A stretch of DNA of 64,000 nt from an uncultured delta proteobacterium (GCA_963816395.1 CAWFKQ010000009.1:192001-256000); one strand, 5' to 3'; positions 19,890 through 32,384 are shown, numbered from the stretch's first letter. Numbers and translations: made by a program. The notes: generated by a model from the letters alone, not told the origin.

Positions 19890-21747
19890 ATGCAGAGGGC
19901 GACATTCAGATCGGTGCCGGAGATGCTGCGGACGAACGCCGTCAGGTTCGCCGGCCGCACCGCCATCAGCTACAAGAAGGATGGACAGTGGATCGCCCTG
20001 ACCTACGACCACCTTTACGAGCGGGTGCTGATGGCGGCCCGCGGTCTGCGCCGGGCCGGCATTCAGCCGGGAGACCGGGTGGCGATCTTCTCCGAGAACC
20101 GGGCCGGGTGGGCCATCGCCGATCTCGGCATTCAGTGCGCGCGCGCCGTCACCGTGCCGATCTACGCCACCAATACTCCCGAGCAGGCGGCCTACGTCCT
20201 CAACCATTCGGGGGCAAGGGCGGTATTCGTTTCCAGCCGCCTCCAATATGAGAAGCTGCTCCAGGTGCGCGCGCAGATCCCGGCGATCGAGTTCGCCGTC
20301 TCCTTCGAGCGGTTCCTCGGCGGCAAGGCCCTGCCGGTCTATACCCTTTACCAGCTCTCGGAGATATCCCATCCCCTGACGGCCGAGGAAAGAACGACGA
20401 TCGAAGGGGACATCGGGCAGATCGCCGCGGACGATCTCATCACCGTGATTTATACTTCCGGTACCACCGGCGTTCCCAAGGGCGTCATGCTGACCCAACG
20501 GAACATGCTGGGCAACGCCTTTGCCGGGCATGCAGAAACTGGGAGGGCTCAAGGCCGGCGAGGTCTTCCTCAGCTTCCTCCCCCTCAGTCATGTCCTCGA
20601 GCGCACCGCCGGTTACCATGCGGCGCTGATGAGCGGCTGTCACGTGGCGTTTGCGGAGAGCGTCGAGAAGGTGGTGGAGAACATCGTCGAGGTGCGGCCG
20701 ACCACCATGGTCAGCGTCCCCCGGCTGTTCGAGAAGATCTATTCCCGCATCTACGAGAACGTCCACCTGATGCGCCCGCTCAAGCGCCGGCTGTTTCACC
20801 GGGCGGTGGAGATCGGCCGGGAATACGTGCAGCGCCGCTATATTGAAAACCGGCCGGTGGGATTGCTGGGCGTCCGCTACCAACTGGCCGACCGGCTGGT
20901 CTTCCGCAAGATCCGCCAGAAGTTCGGCGGCCGGCTGCGTTTCTGCATCTCCGGCGGGGCGCCGCTGGACCGGACGATCAATGAGTTTCTGTGGATCATC
21001 GGCATCCCGACTTTCGAAGGGTACGGCCTGACCGAGACCAGCCCGGCGCTGACCCTGAACTGCCTGGACGCGGTGCGCTTCGGCTCGGTGGGAACGGTAT
21101 TGGACCAGACCGAACTCCGCCTGGCCGAAGACGGCGAGCTGCTGGTTCGCGGCCCGCAGGTGATGCTAGGCTATTACCGGGATGCGATGGCGACCGAGGA
21201 GACCATGGCCGACGGCTGGCTGCGCACCGGCGATATCGCCCGCATCGACGAAGACGGCTTCGTCTTCATCGTCGATCGCAAAAAGGAGATCATCGTCACC
21301 GCCGGCGGCAAAAACATTGCGCCGCAGCCGATCGAGGGGGAGCTCAAGCTGGACAAGTTCATCTCCCAGGCCTTCGTCTACGGCGATCGCAAACCGTACC
21401 TGGTGGCGCTGCTCACCCCCAATCTGGAGCGGTTGATCGAGCTGGCACATGCCGAGAAGCTCGATTACTTCGACCTGGAAGACCTGGCGTCCCATCCGCG
21501 GGTACTGGCGCTGTATGAAGAACGGCTGCGGCTGGTGAACAGCCGGCGCCCACCTTATGAGACAATCAAGAAATTCGCCCTGCTTGTCCGCGATTTCTCG
21601 GTGGAGGGGGGAGAGCTGACCCCCACCCTGAAGCTGCGGCGCAAGATCATCTACGAGAAACACCGCGAGCGGATCGAAAAACTCTATCTCGACAACGGCA
21701 ATGGTCCCCATGGCCGGGATCAACAGCAGAACGGAGGCAACAAATGA
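19890..21747 (+). CDS. fadD: Long-chain fatty acid-CoA ligase (frameshift near 20520)
   Basis: IYTSGTTGVPKG, EGYGLTET, WLRTGD, LTPTLKLRR. Confidence 0.9.
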
Positions 21748-24132
21748 GGCAGATCAAGCGGGTAGGCGTTCTCGGCGCCGGCGTGATGGGCGCCACCATC
21801 GCCGCGCACCTGGCCAACGCGGGCCTCGAGGTCCTGCTCCTCGACATGGTGCCGCGGGAGCCGAACGCGGAGGAGCAGGCCAGGGGACTGACCCTGGCCA
21901 GCCCGGCGGTGCGCAACCGCATCGTGCAGAGCGGCCTGCAGGCCGTGGCCAGGATGAAACCGGCGGCCCTCTATCTGCCGGACTATCTCCAGCGCATCCA
22001 GGCCGGCAATTTCGAGGATGACATCGGCGGCCCTGCGCGAGTGCGACTGGGTGGTCGAGGTGGTCATCGAGAATCTGGAGATCAAGAAGAAACTATTCGC
22101 CGAGAAGGTGGTGCCGAATCTCGCCGAGGGGGCGATCCTTTCCACCAACACCAGCGGCCTGTCGGTGAACGCCATGGCGGAAGCGCTGCCGGCGGCGGTG
22201 CGGCGCAATTTCCTGGTCACCCATTTCTTCAACCCGCCGCGCTACATGCGGCTGCTGGAGGTGGTCGGCTGCCGGGAAACCGCCCCCGAGGTGGTGAGCG
22301 GCATGGCCGACTTCCTGGCCCGGCGCCTCGGCAAGGGGATCGTCTACGCCAAGGACACGCCGAATTTCATCGCCAACCGCATCGGCGTCTATTCCATCTT
22401 CAAGGCGGTGCAGCACATGCTGGAGATGGGCATGACGGTGGAGGAGGTCGACGCCGTCGCCGGCCCGGCCACCGGCCGGCCGAAGAGCGCCGCTTTCCGC
22501 ACCGCCGACCTGGTCGGCCTCGACACCCTGGCCCACGTCGGCAACAACTCCTACCAGCTGCTCCCCGAGGACGAGGAGCGCGAGGTCTTCCAGGTCCCCG
22601 CCTTCATCGCCGCCATGGTGGAGAAGGGGCTGCTCGGCAACAAGACGAAAAAGGGCTTCTACCGCAAGGAGAAGGAGAACGGCAGGACCGCCGTCTTCTA
22701 CTACGATTACGGCAGCGGCGAGTACCGGCCGGCGCAGAAGCCGAAATTTCCCTCCCTGGAGGCGGTGAAGCAGGTCGACGACCCGGGGCAGCGGATCCGG
22801 ATGGTGGTCGGCGGCAGCGACAAGGCGGCCGAGTTCGCCTGGCGCAACCTGCGCGACACCCTGATCTACACCGTCAACCGCATTCCGGAGATCGCCGACG
22901 ATATCGTCAATGTCGACAACGCCATGCGCTGGGGCTTCAACTGGGAACTCGGGCCTTTCGAGATGCTCGATGCCATCGGTGTCGCCGACTTTGTCGCCCG
23001 CGCCCGCCGGGACGGGGTGGCGGTGCCGGCGGCCCTGGAGGGGGTGGAGAGCTTCTATCGCTTCGCCGACGGCAGGAAGGGCTATTTCGACCTGGTCACC
23101 CGCGAATACCGGGAGGTCCCCTTCCGTCCGGACCAGATCGTCCTCGATATCCTCAAACGCCGCGGTGCAGCGGTGGAGGAGAACGCCAACAGCTCCCTGA
23201 TCGATCTCGGCGACGGCGTCTTCTGCCTGGAGTTCCACTCGAAGATGAACGCCATCAGCGCCGATATCCTGGCCATGATCCACAAGGCGGTCAAGCGGGC
23301 GGAGGAAGAGGGCGTCGGCCTGGTGGTCGCCAACCAGGGCGCCAACTTCTCCGTCGGCGCCAACCTGATGACGCTCGCCGTCGCCCTGGCCGAAGGGGCT
23401 TACGAGGATATCGACCTGGCGGTGCGCTCCTTCCAGAAGGGGACCATGGCCCTGAAGTACGCCCGGGTGCCGGTGGTGGCGGCGCCGTTCAACATGACCC
23501 TGGGCGGCGGCTGCGAATTCTGCCTGCACGCCGATGCGGTCACCGCCTACGCCGAGACCTACATGGGGCTGGTGGAGGTGGGCGTCGGCCTGCTGCCGGC
23601 CGGCGGCGGCACCAAGGAGATGGCGCTGCGGGCGATCCGCCTGGCGGAAAAATACGACACCGATGTCTCCCCCTTCATCTTCAAGCACTTCCAGAACATC
23701 GGCATGGCCAAAGTCTCGATGAGCGCCGACGAACTCTACGGCATGGGGTTCCTGCGCGAGGGGGACACCGTCACCTTGAACCTCGACAACCTGCTCGCCG
23801 ACGCCAAGCAGCGGGTGATCGCCCTGGCCCGCAACTACCGCCCGCCGCGCCCCGAGGAGAACCTCAAGGCGCCCGGCCGCAGCGTCGCCGCCAGCATCAA
23901 GAGCCAGCTCTGGAACCTGGCCCGGGGCGGCTTCGCTACCGAGTACGAGGCGACCATGGGCGGGGTCATCGCCGACGTCATCACCGGCGGTGATGTGCCG
24001 GCCGGCACCCCCATTTCCGAGACCTACCTGCTGGAGCTGGAGCGCGAGGGTTTCCTGCGGCTGTGCGGCAACAAGAAGACGGCCGAGCGCATCCAGCACA
24101 TGCTGAAGAAGGGCAAGCCGCTGCGGAATTAG
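21744..24132 (+). CDS. fadN: 3-hydroxyacyl-CoA dehydrogenase/enoyl-CoA hydratase, FadN-type (frameshift near 22025)
   Basis: GAGVMG, NTSGL, HFFNPPRYM, C-terminal crotonase domain, ends GKPLRN. Confidence 0.85.
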
Positions 24133-24145
24133 GCGTATTGGTTAT

Positions 24146-24196
24146 GTAGGGGCGAATCTTGTATTCGCCCAGGGCGATCACGAGGATAGCCTCTAC
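24146..24196. repeat. 51-bp GTAG-type REP doublet
   Basis: GTAGGGGCGAAT-CTTGT-ATTCGCCC...GCCTCTAC. Confidence 0.65.
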
Positions 24197-24216
24197 CCAA
24201 AATCGGAGGATCAAAG

Positions 24217-25389
24217 ATGAGATCAGCATATATCCTGGCCGCCTGCCGGACCGCCGGCGGCAAGGCGAAAAAAGGCAGCTTCAAGGACCTGCGGCCGGAC
24301 GATCTGGCGGCGGCCGCGATCAAGGGTCTGGTGGAGCGCACCGGCATCGACCCGCAGCGGATCGAGGACGTGATCCTCGGCTGCGCCTTTCCGGAAGCCG
24401 AGCAGGGGATGAACGTCGCCCGCGTGGCCGCCCTGCGCGCCGGCCTGCCGTACCAGGTGCCGGGGCAGACGGTCAACCGCTTCTGCTCCTCCGGCCTGCA
24501 GAGCATCGCCCTGGCCGCCGAGCGGATCATGTGCGGCTTCGCCGACTGCATCGTCGCCGGCGGCACCGAGTCGATGAGCCTGGTGCCGATGGGGGGCAAC
24601 AAATTCAGCGCCAACCCGAGCTTGGTGGCCGAATGGCCCGAATCGTACGCCTCCATGGGAATCACCGCCGAACTGGTGGCGCAGAAATACGGCATCTCCC
24701 GCGAGGACCAGGACCGCTTCGCCCTCGCCAGCCACCAGAAGGCGGCGGCGGCCATCGCCGAGGGGCGCTTCGCCGGCGAGATCGTGCCGGTGGAGATCGA
24801 GAAGGCGACCGTGGCCGGCAGGAAGGTGCGCAAGGAGAAGGAGATCGTCGCCGTCGACGAGGGGGTGCGCGGCGACACCACCCTGGAAGGACTCGGTAAG
24901 CTGAAGCCGGCCTTCAAGGTGGACGGCACGGTGACCGCCGGCAACTCGTCGCAGATGACCGACGGGGCGGCGGCCGCCCTGGTCGTCTCCGAGGCCTTCC
25001 TGAAGCAGCTCGGCAAAGAACCCCTGGCCCGCTTCGTCGCCTTCGCCGTCCGCGGCGTGCCGCCGGAGATCATGGGGATCGGCCCGGTGGAAGCGATCCC
25101 GGCGGCGCTGAAGATGGCGGGCCTGCAGGCGGCCGACATCGGCCTGCTCGAGCTCAACGAGGCGTTCGCCGCCCAGTCCCTGGCGATCCTGCGGGAACTG
25201 AGCCTCGATCCCGAAAGGGTCAATGTCAACGGCGGCGCCATCGCCCTGGGTCATCCCTTGGGCTGCACCGGCGCCAAGCTCACCGCCACCCTGCTCGCCG
25301 AAATGGGCCGGCGCCAGGTGAAATACGGCATGGTCTCCATGTGCATCGGCGGCGGTATGGGCGCGGCGGGAATTTTCGAGAAGATGTAG
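24217..25389 (+). CDS. fadA: Acetyl-CoA C-acyltransferase (thiolase)
   Basis: [28 protein letters not shown]. Confidence 0.93.
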   Translation: MRSAYILAACRTAGGKAKKGSFKDLRPDDLAAAAIKGLVERTGIDPQRIEDVILGCAFPEAEQGMNVARVAALRAGLPYQVPGQTVNRFCSSGLQSIALAAERIMCGFADCIVAGGTESMSLVPMGGNKFSANPSLVAEWPESYASMGITAELVAQKYGISREDQDRFALASHQKAAAAIAEGRFAGEIVPVEIEKATVAGRKVRKEKEIVAVDEGVRGDTTLEGLGKLKPAFKVDGTVTAGNSSQMTDGAAAALVVSEAFLKQLGKEPLARFVAFAVRGVPPEIMGIGPVEAIPAALKMAGLQAADIGLLELNEAFAAQSLAILRELSLDPERVNVNGGAIALGHPLGCTGAKLTATLLAEMGRRQVKYGMVSMCIGGGMGAAGIFEKM

Positions 25390-25436
25390 GGGCAGGGCTC
25401 TGCCCTGCCCAGGGACGCAGCAGACAGCGCCCCTAC
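25386..25436. repeat. 51-bp GTAG-type REP doublet overlapping the thiolase stop codon
   Basis: GTAGGGGCAGGGC-TCT-GCCCTGCCC...GCCCCTAC. Confidence 0.65.
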
Positions 25437-25467
25437 AATACTCATCAGGATAATATCGAGGTGAATC

Positions 25468-27247
25468 ATGGCGGAGAGAATTTTCAAGGGCGGCGAGTTT
25501 CTGGTGACCGAGGTCAGGGGGGAGGAAATCTTCACCCCGGAGGATTTCACCGACGAACAGAGACAGATCGCGGAAACGACGCAGCAGTTCGTAACCAACG
25601 ACATCCTCCCGCACGCCGAGGAGATCGAGCATCAGGATTTCACCAAGGTAGTGGAAGGGATGCGCAAGTGCGGCGAGCTGGGACTGCTGATGATCGATGC
25701 GCCGGAGCAGTACGGCGGGCTGGAGCTGGACAAGGCGACCAGCATGCTGGTGGGGGAGAAGATCGGCCCTTCCGGCTCCTTCTCCGTCGCCTTCGCCGCC
25801 CATACCGGCATCGGCACCCTGCCCCTGATCTATTACGGGACCGCGGCGCAGAAGGAGCAGTATCTGGGAAAGATCATCTCCGGCGAATGGATCGCCGCCT
25901 ATTGTCTGACCGAGCCCGAATCGGGAAGTGATGCCCTTGGCGCCCGGGCGACCGCCACCCTGTCGCCGGACGGCAAATACTACCTGCTGAACGGCACCAA
26001 GCAATTCATCACCAACGCCGCTTTCGCCGACCTGTTCACCGTCTTCGCCAAGGTCGACAAGGAGCAGTTTACCGCCTTTCTCGTCGAGCGCGACTTCGCG
26101 GGGGTGAGCATCGGGCCGGAGGAGAAGAAGCTGGGGATCAAGGGCTCCTCCACCTGCCAGGTCATCCTCGACAACGCCCGGGTGCCGGTGGAGAATCTCC
26201 TCGGCGAGATCGGCAAGGGGCACAAGATCGCCTTCAACGTCCTCAACGTCGGCCGCTTCAAGCTCGGCGCCGGGGTCACCGGCGCCGCCAAGGGCGCCCT
26301 CGGGGTGGGGATCAAGTACGCCAACGAGCGCAAGCAGTTCGGCAGGCAGATCAGCTCCTTCGGCGCCATCCAGGAGAAGATCGCCGACTTGACCGCCGAC
26401 CTGTTCGCCTCCGAGTCCCTGGTCTACCGCCTGGCCGGCCTGCTCGACAGCAAACTCGGCACCATCGACCAGGGGGATCGCAAACTACTATGAGGAGTAC
26501 CAGAAGGGGATCGAGGAGTACGCGCCGGAGTGCGCCATCTCCAAGGTCTTCTGCAGCGACGTGCTGGCCGAGGTGGTGGACGAGGTGGTGCAGATCCACG
26601 GCGGCTACGGCTTCATCAGCGAATATCCCGCCGAGCGCTTCTACCGCGACGAGCGCATCAACCGCATCTTCGAGGGGACCAACGAGGTCAACCGTCTGCT
26701 CATCCCCGGGATGATCCTGCGCAAGGCGATGAAGGGGGAGTTGCCCCTGCAGAAGGAGGCGATGAAGGCCTTCGAGTCGCTGATGACCCCCGCCTTCGAG
26801 GAGATCGACGACAGCCTGCCCTTTGCCCGGGAGAAGGCACTTTTGCAGAACCTCAAGACCCTCTTCCTCCTCCTCGCCGGCGCCGCCGTGCAGAAATACA
26901 TGGACCGGCTGCAGAACGAGCAGGAGATCCTCCTCGCCGCCGCCGACGTGGCGATCCAGATCTTCGCCCTGGAGAGCGCCGTGCTGCGGGCCGAAAAAAC
27001 CTATCCCCGGGCCAGCGAAAACCGCCAGGCGCTGCTGCAGGCGGCGGTCAGGATCTTCGCCTTCAAGGCCACCGAAGCGATCGGCACGGCGGCGAAAAAG
27101 GGCGCTTTCTACATCGAGGAGGGGGATACCCTGAGCATGCTGCTGAGCGGCGTGCGGCGCTTCGCCAAATACGACGCCAGCGGCCTGCTGGCGGCCAAGC
27201 GCCAGCTGGCGCAGGCGGCCATCGAGGCAGAGAAGTATGTATTTTAA
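25468..27247 (+). CDS. fadE: Long-chain acyl-CoA dehydrogenase, about 590 aa (frameshift near 26475)
   Basis: YCLTEPESGSDA, QIHGGYG, RINRIFEGTNEVNR. Confidence 0.88.
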
Positions 27248-27335
27248 TCCCCAGTCCAGGATCCGGACTTGCTCCGATTGCCACGGACTTTGGGGCCTTG
27301 GACCCGGAACCTGGATTTTTTGACCTGAGATCTTT
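27247..27335. repeat. Degenerate heptanucleotide repeat array with inverted halves
   Basis: AATCCCC AGTCCAG GATCCGG ... then GACTTT, GACCCG, AACCTG, GATTTT, GACCTG, GATCTT at about 7-nt spacing. Confidence 0.5.
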
Positions 27336-27352
27336 GCCTTCGACGGTTTTAG

Positions 27353-28327
27353 ATGCGCAAGCACACCATCCAGACCCCCTATGTGGTCGGCGAGGTCCAT
27401 CTCTATACGACCGAGCTGAATGGCGAACTCGTCCTCTTCGATACCGGCCCCGACACCCCGGAGGCACTCGATTACCTCTTGGGCCACATCGATCTCGACC
27501 GGCTGCGGCACGTGTTCATCACCCACTGCCACGTCGACCATTATGGGCTGGCCGCTTATATCGGCCGAAACTCCCGGGCCGAGATCTATCTGCCGCGCCA
27601 GGATGACCTGAAATTCCGCCACCATGAAAGACGCCTGGAGCATATCGCGGGGCTGCTGCGGGAGTGCGGATTCGACGACGACTTCATCCGCTCGGTGCGG
27701 GCGACGGTGGGGCGCAATGGGATCTTCCCCCCCGTCCCCGGCAACTACCGGATCGTCGAGGAAGCGGCGGCGCCGCGCCGGCTGGGGATCTCCTGGCTGA
27801 GCTGCCCGGGCCATTCGCAGAGCGATCTGGTCTACCTGGTCGGCGACTGTGCCGTTACCGGCGACATCCTGCTGCCGGACACCTTCCAGGCGCCGCTGCT
27901 GGACATCGATCTCGACACCTTCGCCGGCCGCTTCCGCAATTACGAGGCCTACTGCGCCAGCCTGGTCAAACTGGCGCAGCTGCGCGGCCGCCGCCTTCTT
28001 CCCGGCCACCGGCAGGAAGTCGGCAGCCTGGAGGAAACGATCCTCTTCTATGCCGGCAAGCTGCTGGAGCGGGCGGCCCGGATCAAGACGTTCGCCGGCG
28101 TGCCGGCGGTCAGCGAGGTCGTCCGGGGGCTGTTCGGCGATTCACTCGTCGATCCGTTCGTGGTTTACATCAAGGCTTCGGAAGTCATCTTCATGCGCGA
28201 TTTCCTCGCCGCGCCCGGACGGCTGCGGTCGGCCCTGGAGCGGATCGGCCTTTTTTCCCGGATAAGCGATGCGTTTGCGGCGGTGACCGGCGAGGCGCCC
28301 CGCCTGATGAGCGGAGGAGAAGGATGA
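27353..28327 (+). CDS. Metallo-beta-lactamase-fold hydrolase
   Basis: DTG, THCHVDH, PGHS, GD and PGH motifs. Confidence 0.85.
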   Translation: MRKHTIQTPYVVGEVHLYTTELNGELVLFDTGPDTPEALDYLLGHIDLDRLRHVFITHCHVDHYGLAAYIGRNSRAEIYLPRQDDLKFRHHERRLEHIAGLLRECGFDDDFIRSVRATVGRNGIFPPVPGNYRIVEEAAAPRRLGISWLSCPGHSQSDLVYLVGDCAVTGDILLPDTFQAPLLDIDLDTFAGRFRNYEAYCASLVKLAQLRGRRLLPGHRQEVGSLEETILFYAGKLLERAARIKTFAGVPAVSEVVRGLFGDSLVDPFVVYIKASEVIFMRDFLAAPGRLRSALERIGLFSRISDAFAAVTGEAPRLMSGGEG

Positions 28328-30356
28328 AGGATCTGCTGTTCACGCCGATCACCATCAACGGGCTGGAAGTGAAAAACCGGCTGTTCCTGCCGGCCATGCA
28401 CCTGAACATGTGCCGCAATTACCAGGTGACCGACCGCCTGATCGCTTTCTATGCCGAACGGGCGCGGGGAGGCGCCGGGATGATCACCGTCGGCTACGCC
28501 GCGGTCGACGAGCTGTCGGCCCACCCCCTGCACATCGGCGCCCACCGGGACGAATTCCTTCCCGGCCTGGCCCGCCTGGCGGCGGCGATCCGGGAGCACG
28601 GCGCCCGCGCCGCCGTCCAGCTCAACCACGCCGGCCGCTACAACCATTCCCTGCTGCTCGGCGGCAGGCAGCCGGTCGCCCCCTCGGCGGTCCCCTCGCG
28701 GCTCACCGGGGAGGCGCCGCGGGCCCTGGAGGCCGGGGAGATCCGGGAAATCATCGACAGTTTCGCCCGGGCGGCGCAACGGGTCAGGCAGGCCGGCTTC
28801 GACGCGGTGGAGATTCTCGCCGGCACCGGCTACCTGATCAGCGAATTCCTCTCCCCGCTGACCAACCGGCGCACCGACGAGTACGGCGGTTCCCTGGAAA
28901 ACCGGATGCGCTTCGGCCTGGAGGTGGTGCGCGCGGTCCGGGAAAAGATCGGCGACGATTTCCCTCTGGTGGTGCGGGTGAACGGCAACGATTTCATGCC
29001 GGGCGGGATCGGCCGCCGGGACCTGCAGGCTTTCGCCGTCCGTCTGGTGGCCGCCGGAGCGGACGCCCTGTGCGTCAACGTCGGCTGGCATGAGGCGGCC
29101 GTCCCCCAGATCGTCACCAAGGTGCCGCGCGGGGTCTTCGCCTATCTGGCGCGCGGCATCCGGGAGGCGGTGACGGTGCCGGTGATCGCCAGCCACCGCA
29201 TCAACGATCCCGCCGTCGCCCGGCAGATGCTCGCCGACGGGTCGTGCGACGCGGTGGCGATGGGGCGGGCGCTGATCGCCGATCCCTTCCTGCCGGAGAA
29301 GGCCCGCAGCGGCCGCGAGGAGCTGATCGTTCACTGCGTCGCCTGCGGTCAGGGGTGTTTCGACAACCTGTTCAAGATGAAAGCGGTCGAATGCCTCTGC
29401 AATCCCCTGGCCGGGCGGGAGTGGGAGACGGCGGTGAAGCGCTCCCCCGGCCGCCGCAAAGTGCTGGTGGCCGGCGGCGGCCCCGCCGGCATGAGCGCGG
29501 CCATTGCCGCTGCCGCGGCGGGAGATCGAGGTGGTGCTTTATGAGCAGGGCGACCGCCTCGGGGGGCAACTGCACCTGGCCGGTGCGCCGCCGGGACGCG
29601 AGGAGTTTGCCGCCCTCGCCGGGGACCTGGCCCGGCAACTGGCGGCGGGGGGGGTGCGGGTGGTGCTGAACCGGCCGGTCACCCGGCAGGTGCTCGATGC
29701 CGAGGGGCCGGAGGCGGTGGTGCTGGCCACCGGCGGGCTGCCCGTCGCCCCGCCCATCCCCGGCGCCGACCTGCCTCAGGTGGTGCAGGCCTGGGACGTG
29801 CTGGCCGGCCAGGCAACGGTGGGAAGCCGGGTGGCGGTGATCGGCGGCGGCGCAGTGGGGGTGGAGACCGCCCTGGCCTTGGCTGAACAGGGAACCCTCT
29901 CCGCCGAGGCGCTCAAATTTCTGCTGCTCCATGCGGCCGAGCCCCCCGAAGATCTGCAGCAGCTGGCGGTGCGGGGGAACAAGGAAATCATCCTGGTGGA
30001 AATGCTCGATGGGCTCGGGACCAATTTCGGCAAGACCACCCGCTGGGGGATGCTCCAGGATGTGCGGCGCTACGGCATCGGCAGCCGGCTCACCGCCAGG
30101 GTCCTCGCCATCACCTCGGCCGGCATCCGGCTGGAAGAGAACGGAAAAATCGAGGAGATCGCCGTCGATAGCGTGGTGCTGGCGGTGGGCACCCGGCTCG
30201 CACAACCCCCTGCAGGATCTCCTGACGGAAACGGGTATCCCCTTCCGGGTGGCGGGGGACGCCGCCCGGCCGGGAACCGCCCTCGATGCCGTGCATCAGG
30301 GATTTGCCGCCGCCCGCAGTCTGGCCTGCGCCGCCGAAAGGGAGGTTTCCCGATGA
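28324..30356 (+). CDS. fadH: 2,4-dienoyl-CoA reductase-like NADH:flavin oxidoreductase (frameshifts near 29515 and 30197)
   Basis: OYE barrel GYLISEFLSP...RTDEYGGSLENR, GWHEA, CVACGQGC Fe-S motif, GGGPAG and GGGAVG. Confidence 0.85.
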
Positions 30357-30910
30357 AGAAGCTTATCCTCGCCTTGTCCCTGCTGTTGCTCGCCGCCCCC
30401 TCCCAGGCCCTGGAAGTGAGCGGAGTGAGCCTTCCCGAGACGGTAACTATCAACAGCCGGCCGCTGGCGCTGAACGGTTACGGCATCCGCAAGAAGTTCT
30501 TCTTCAAGATCTATGTCGGTGCCCTTTACACGGCGCAGCCGGCGGCCTCCCTGGAACAGCTGCGCCGGGCCGGCGGCGACCAGTTGATCCGCATGGTTTT
30601 TCTCCACTCCCGGGTCGGGCGGGAGAAGATCGTCGGCGCCTTCGCCGAGGGGCTGGAAAAGAACGCCCCGCAGATCGCCCGATCGGCCGGCGCCAAGCGG
30701 TTCCTCGCCCTGTTTACCGACGATTTCGTCAAGGGGGATGTGGTCGACCTGGAACTGGAAGGGAAGGGAACGATCATCGCCCGGCACAACGGCCGGAGCC
30801 TGGGGTCGCTGACCGCCCCGGAACTGGTGCAGGGAATCCTGGCCATCTATCTGGGGGAGCATCCGGCCGATGCGGAGCTGAAGGAAGGCATGTTGGGGCG
30901 GAAACCGTAA
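30353..30910 (+). CDS. Exported chalcone-isomerase-fold protein
   Basis: Signal peptide ending SQA; LNGYGIRKKFFFKIYVGALY; IYLGEHPADAELKEGMLG. Confidence 0.8.
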   Translation: MKKLILALSLLLLAAPSQALEVSGVSLPETVTINSRPLALNGYGIRKKFFFKIYVGALYTAQPAASLEQLRRAGGDQLIRMVFLHSRVGREKIVGAFAEGLEKNAPQIARSAGAKRFLALFTDDFVKGDVVDLELEGKGTIIARHNGRSLGSLTAPELVQGILAIYLGEHPADAELKEGMLGRKP

Positions 30911-31038
30911 GGTGCTGCCGCACAATGTTCCGCGCGCCTCCTGCGCATCTCTCCTGCGACAAGGGGAAACGCCGGTTTCCCCCATTTTTAGAACGCGGAA
31001 AAAGGGGGCGCTACCGAATCAAAAAAGGAGAACGCCAG

Positions 31039-31825
31039 ATGAAACCCGCCACGCCGCCGGCTGCAATCACCACCGTCCGTCAGGACCGCATTCTGCGGAT
31101 CCTCATCGACCGGCCGGAGAAGAAGAACGCCTTGACCAATGAGATGTATGCCGCCCTGGCCGCGGCGATCGAGGAGGGTGATCGCGATCCCGACATCCGC
31201 GTCCTCCTCCTGCAGGGGAACGGCGACTGCTTCACCAGCGGCTACGATCTGCAGGATTTTATGGATTCCCCGCCAGCCGGCGAGGGGAGCCCCGTCTTTC
31301 GTTTCCTGACGGCGATCAGCCAGGCGCAGAAGCCGCTGGTCGCTGCCGTGCGGGGCGTCGCCATCGGGGTTGGCACCACCCTGCTGCTGCACTGCGATCT
31401 GGCCTGCGCTGGGGAGAGCGCGGTTTTTCAACTCCCCTTCGTCAACTCTGGGACTCTGCCCCGAGGCGGCTTCCAGCCTGCTGCTGCCGAAGCTGGCCGG
31501 CTACCGGCAGGCCGCCGAACTGCTGCTGCTGGGGGAACCTTTCGGCGCCGGACGGGCGCGGGAGATCGGCCTGGTCAATGCCGTCTTCCCCGACGACCGG
31601 GTGCTTGAGGAGACCCTGGCTCTGGCGGAAAAGCTGGCGGCCCGCCCCCCGGCCTCGGTGCGCCTGACCAAGGCCTTGCTCAAGAAAGCAGAGGCGCGGG
31701 CGGTGGCGGAGACCATCGCCGAGGAGGGGCGCTGCTTCCTCGAACGGCTGCATTCGCCCGAAGCCGCGGAGGCCTTCGCCGCCTTTTTTGCCCGGCGGCA
31801 GCCTGACTTCTCATCTTTTTCATAA
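31039..31825 (+). CDS. Enoyl-CoA hydratase/isomerase (frameshift near 31447)
   Basis: RPEKKNAL, FTSGYDL, AIGVGTTLLLHCD, LGLCPEAASS. Confidence 0.88.
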
Positions 31826-31969
31826 CGGGGAAAGCCGGCAAAGGTGCGGGAACATGGGACACCATCTCCGCCATACCGAAGGGAAAAGGGCGGCTGACCC
31901 TTATCCTCAGCCGTCTGGAAACAGATGCGGTTACTTGCTGAGAGGAAAGGCGTAGAGGGAAGGATGTTT

Positions 31970-32384
31970 TTAATTCCGGGAGGCGCCGAGAGCCTGGCGG
32001 AAGTTCTCGGGCAAGGATACGGGGCGGCCGCGATGGCGGTCGAAGCAGACCATGACTGTTTTGGCCGCGGCGAAGGTAACGCCTTTGCCGTCATGGATAG
32101 TATAATCGAGATCGAAGCTGGAGCGACCGAGCGCGGCTGACGGTCATGGAGACGACCACCCGGTCGGCCAGCCGGATCGGCTGCCGGTAGTCGCATTCGG
32201 CCCGGACCACCAGGAAAAAGAGGCCACCGTCCAGGAAATCCAGGAAATTGTGAAGAAACAGCTTGGTCCGGGCGGTCTCCAGGTAGGTGAAGAATACCGC
32301 GTTGTTGACGTGGCCATAGGCATCGAGGTCGGCGAACCGCACCTCGATGTCGGTGGAAAAGGCGAAGGGAGGGGTACTGGTCAT
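31970..32384 (-). CDS. Acyl-CoA thioesterase, 4HBT/YbgC hotdog family (frameshift near 32132)
   Basis: VRFADLDAYGHVNNAVF; repaired tail LGRSSFDLDYTIH...LGASRN*. Confidence 0.85.
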
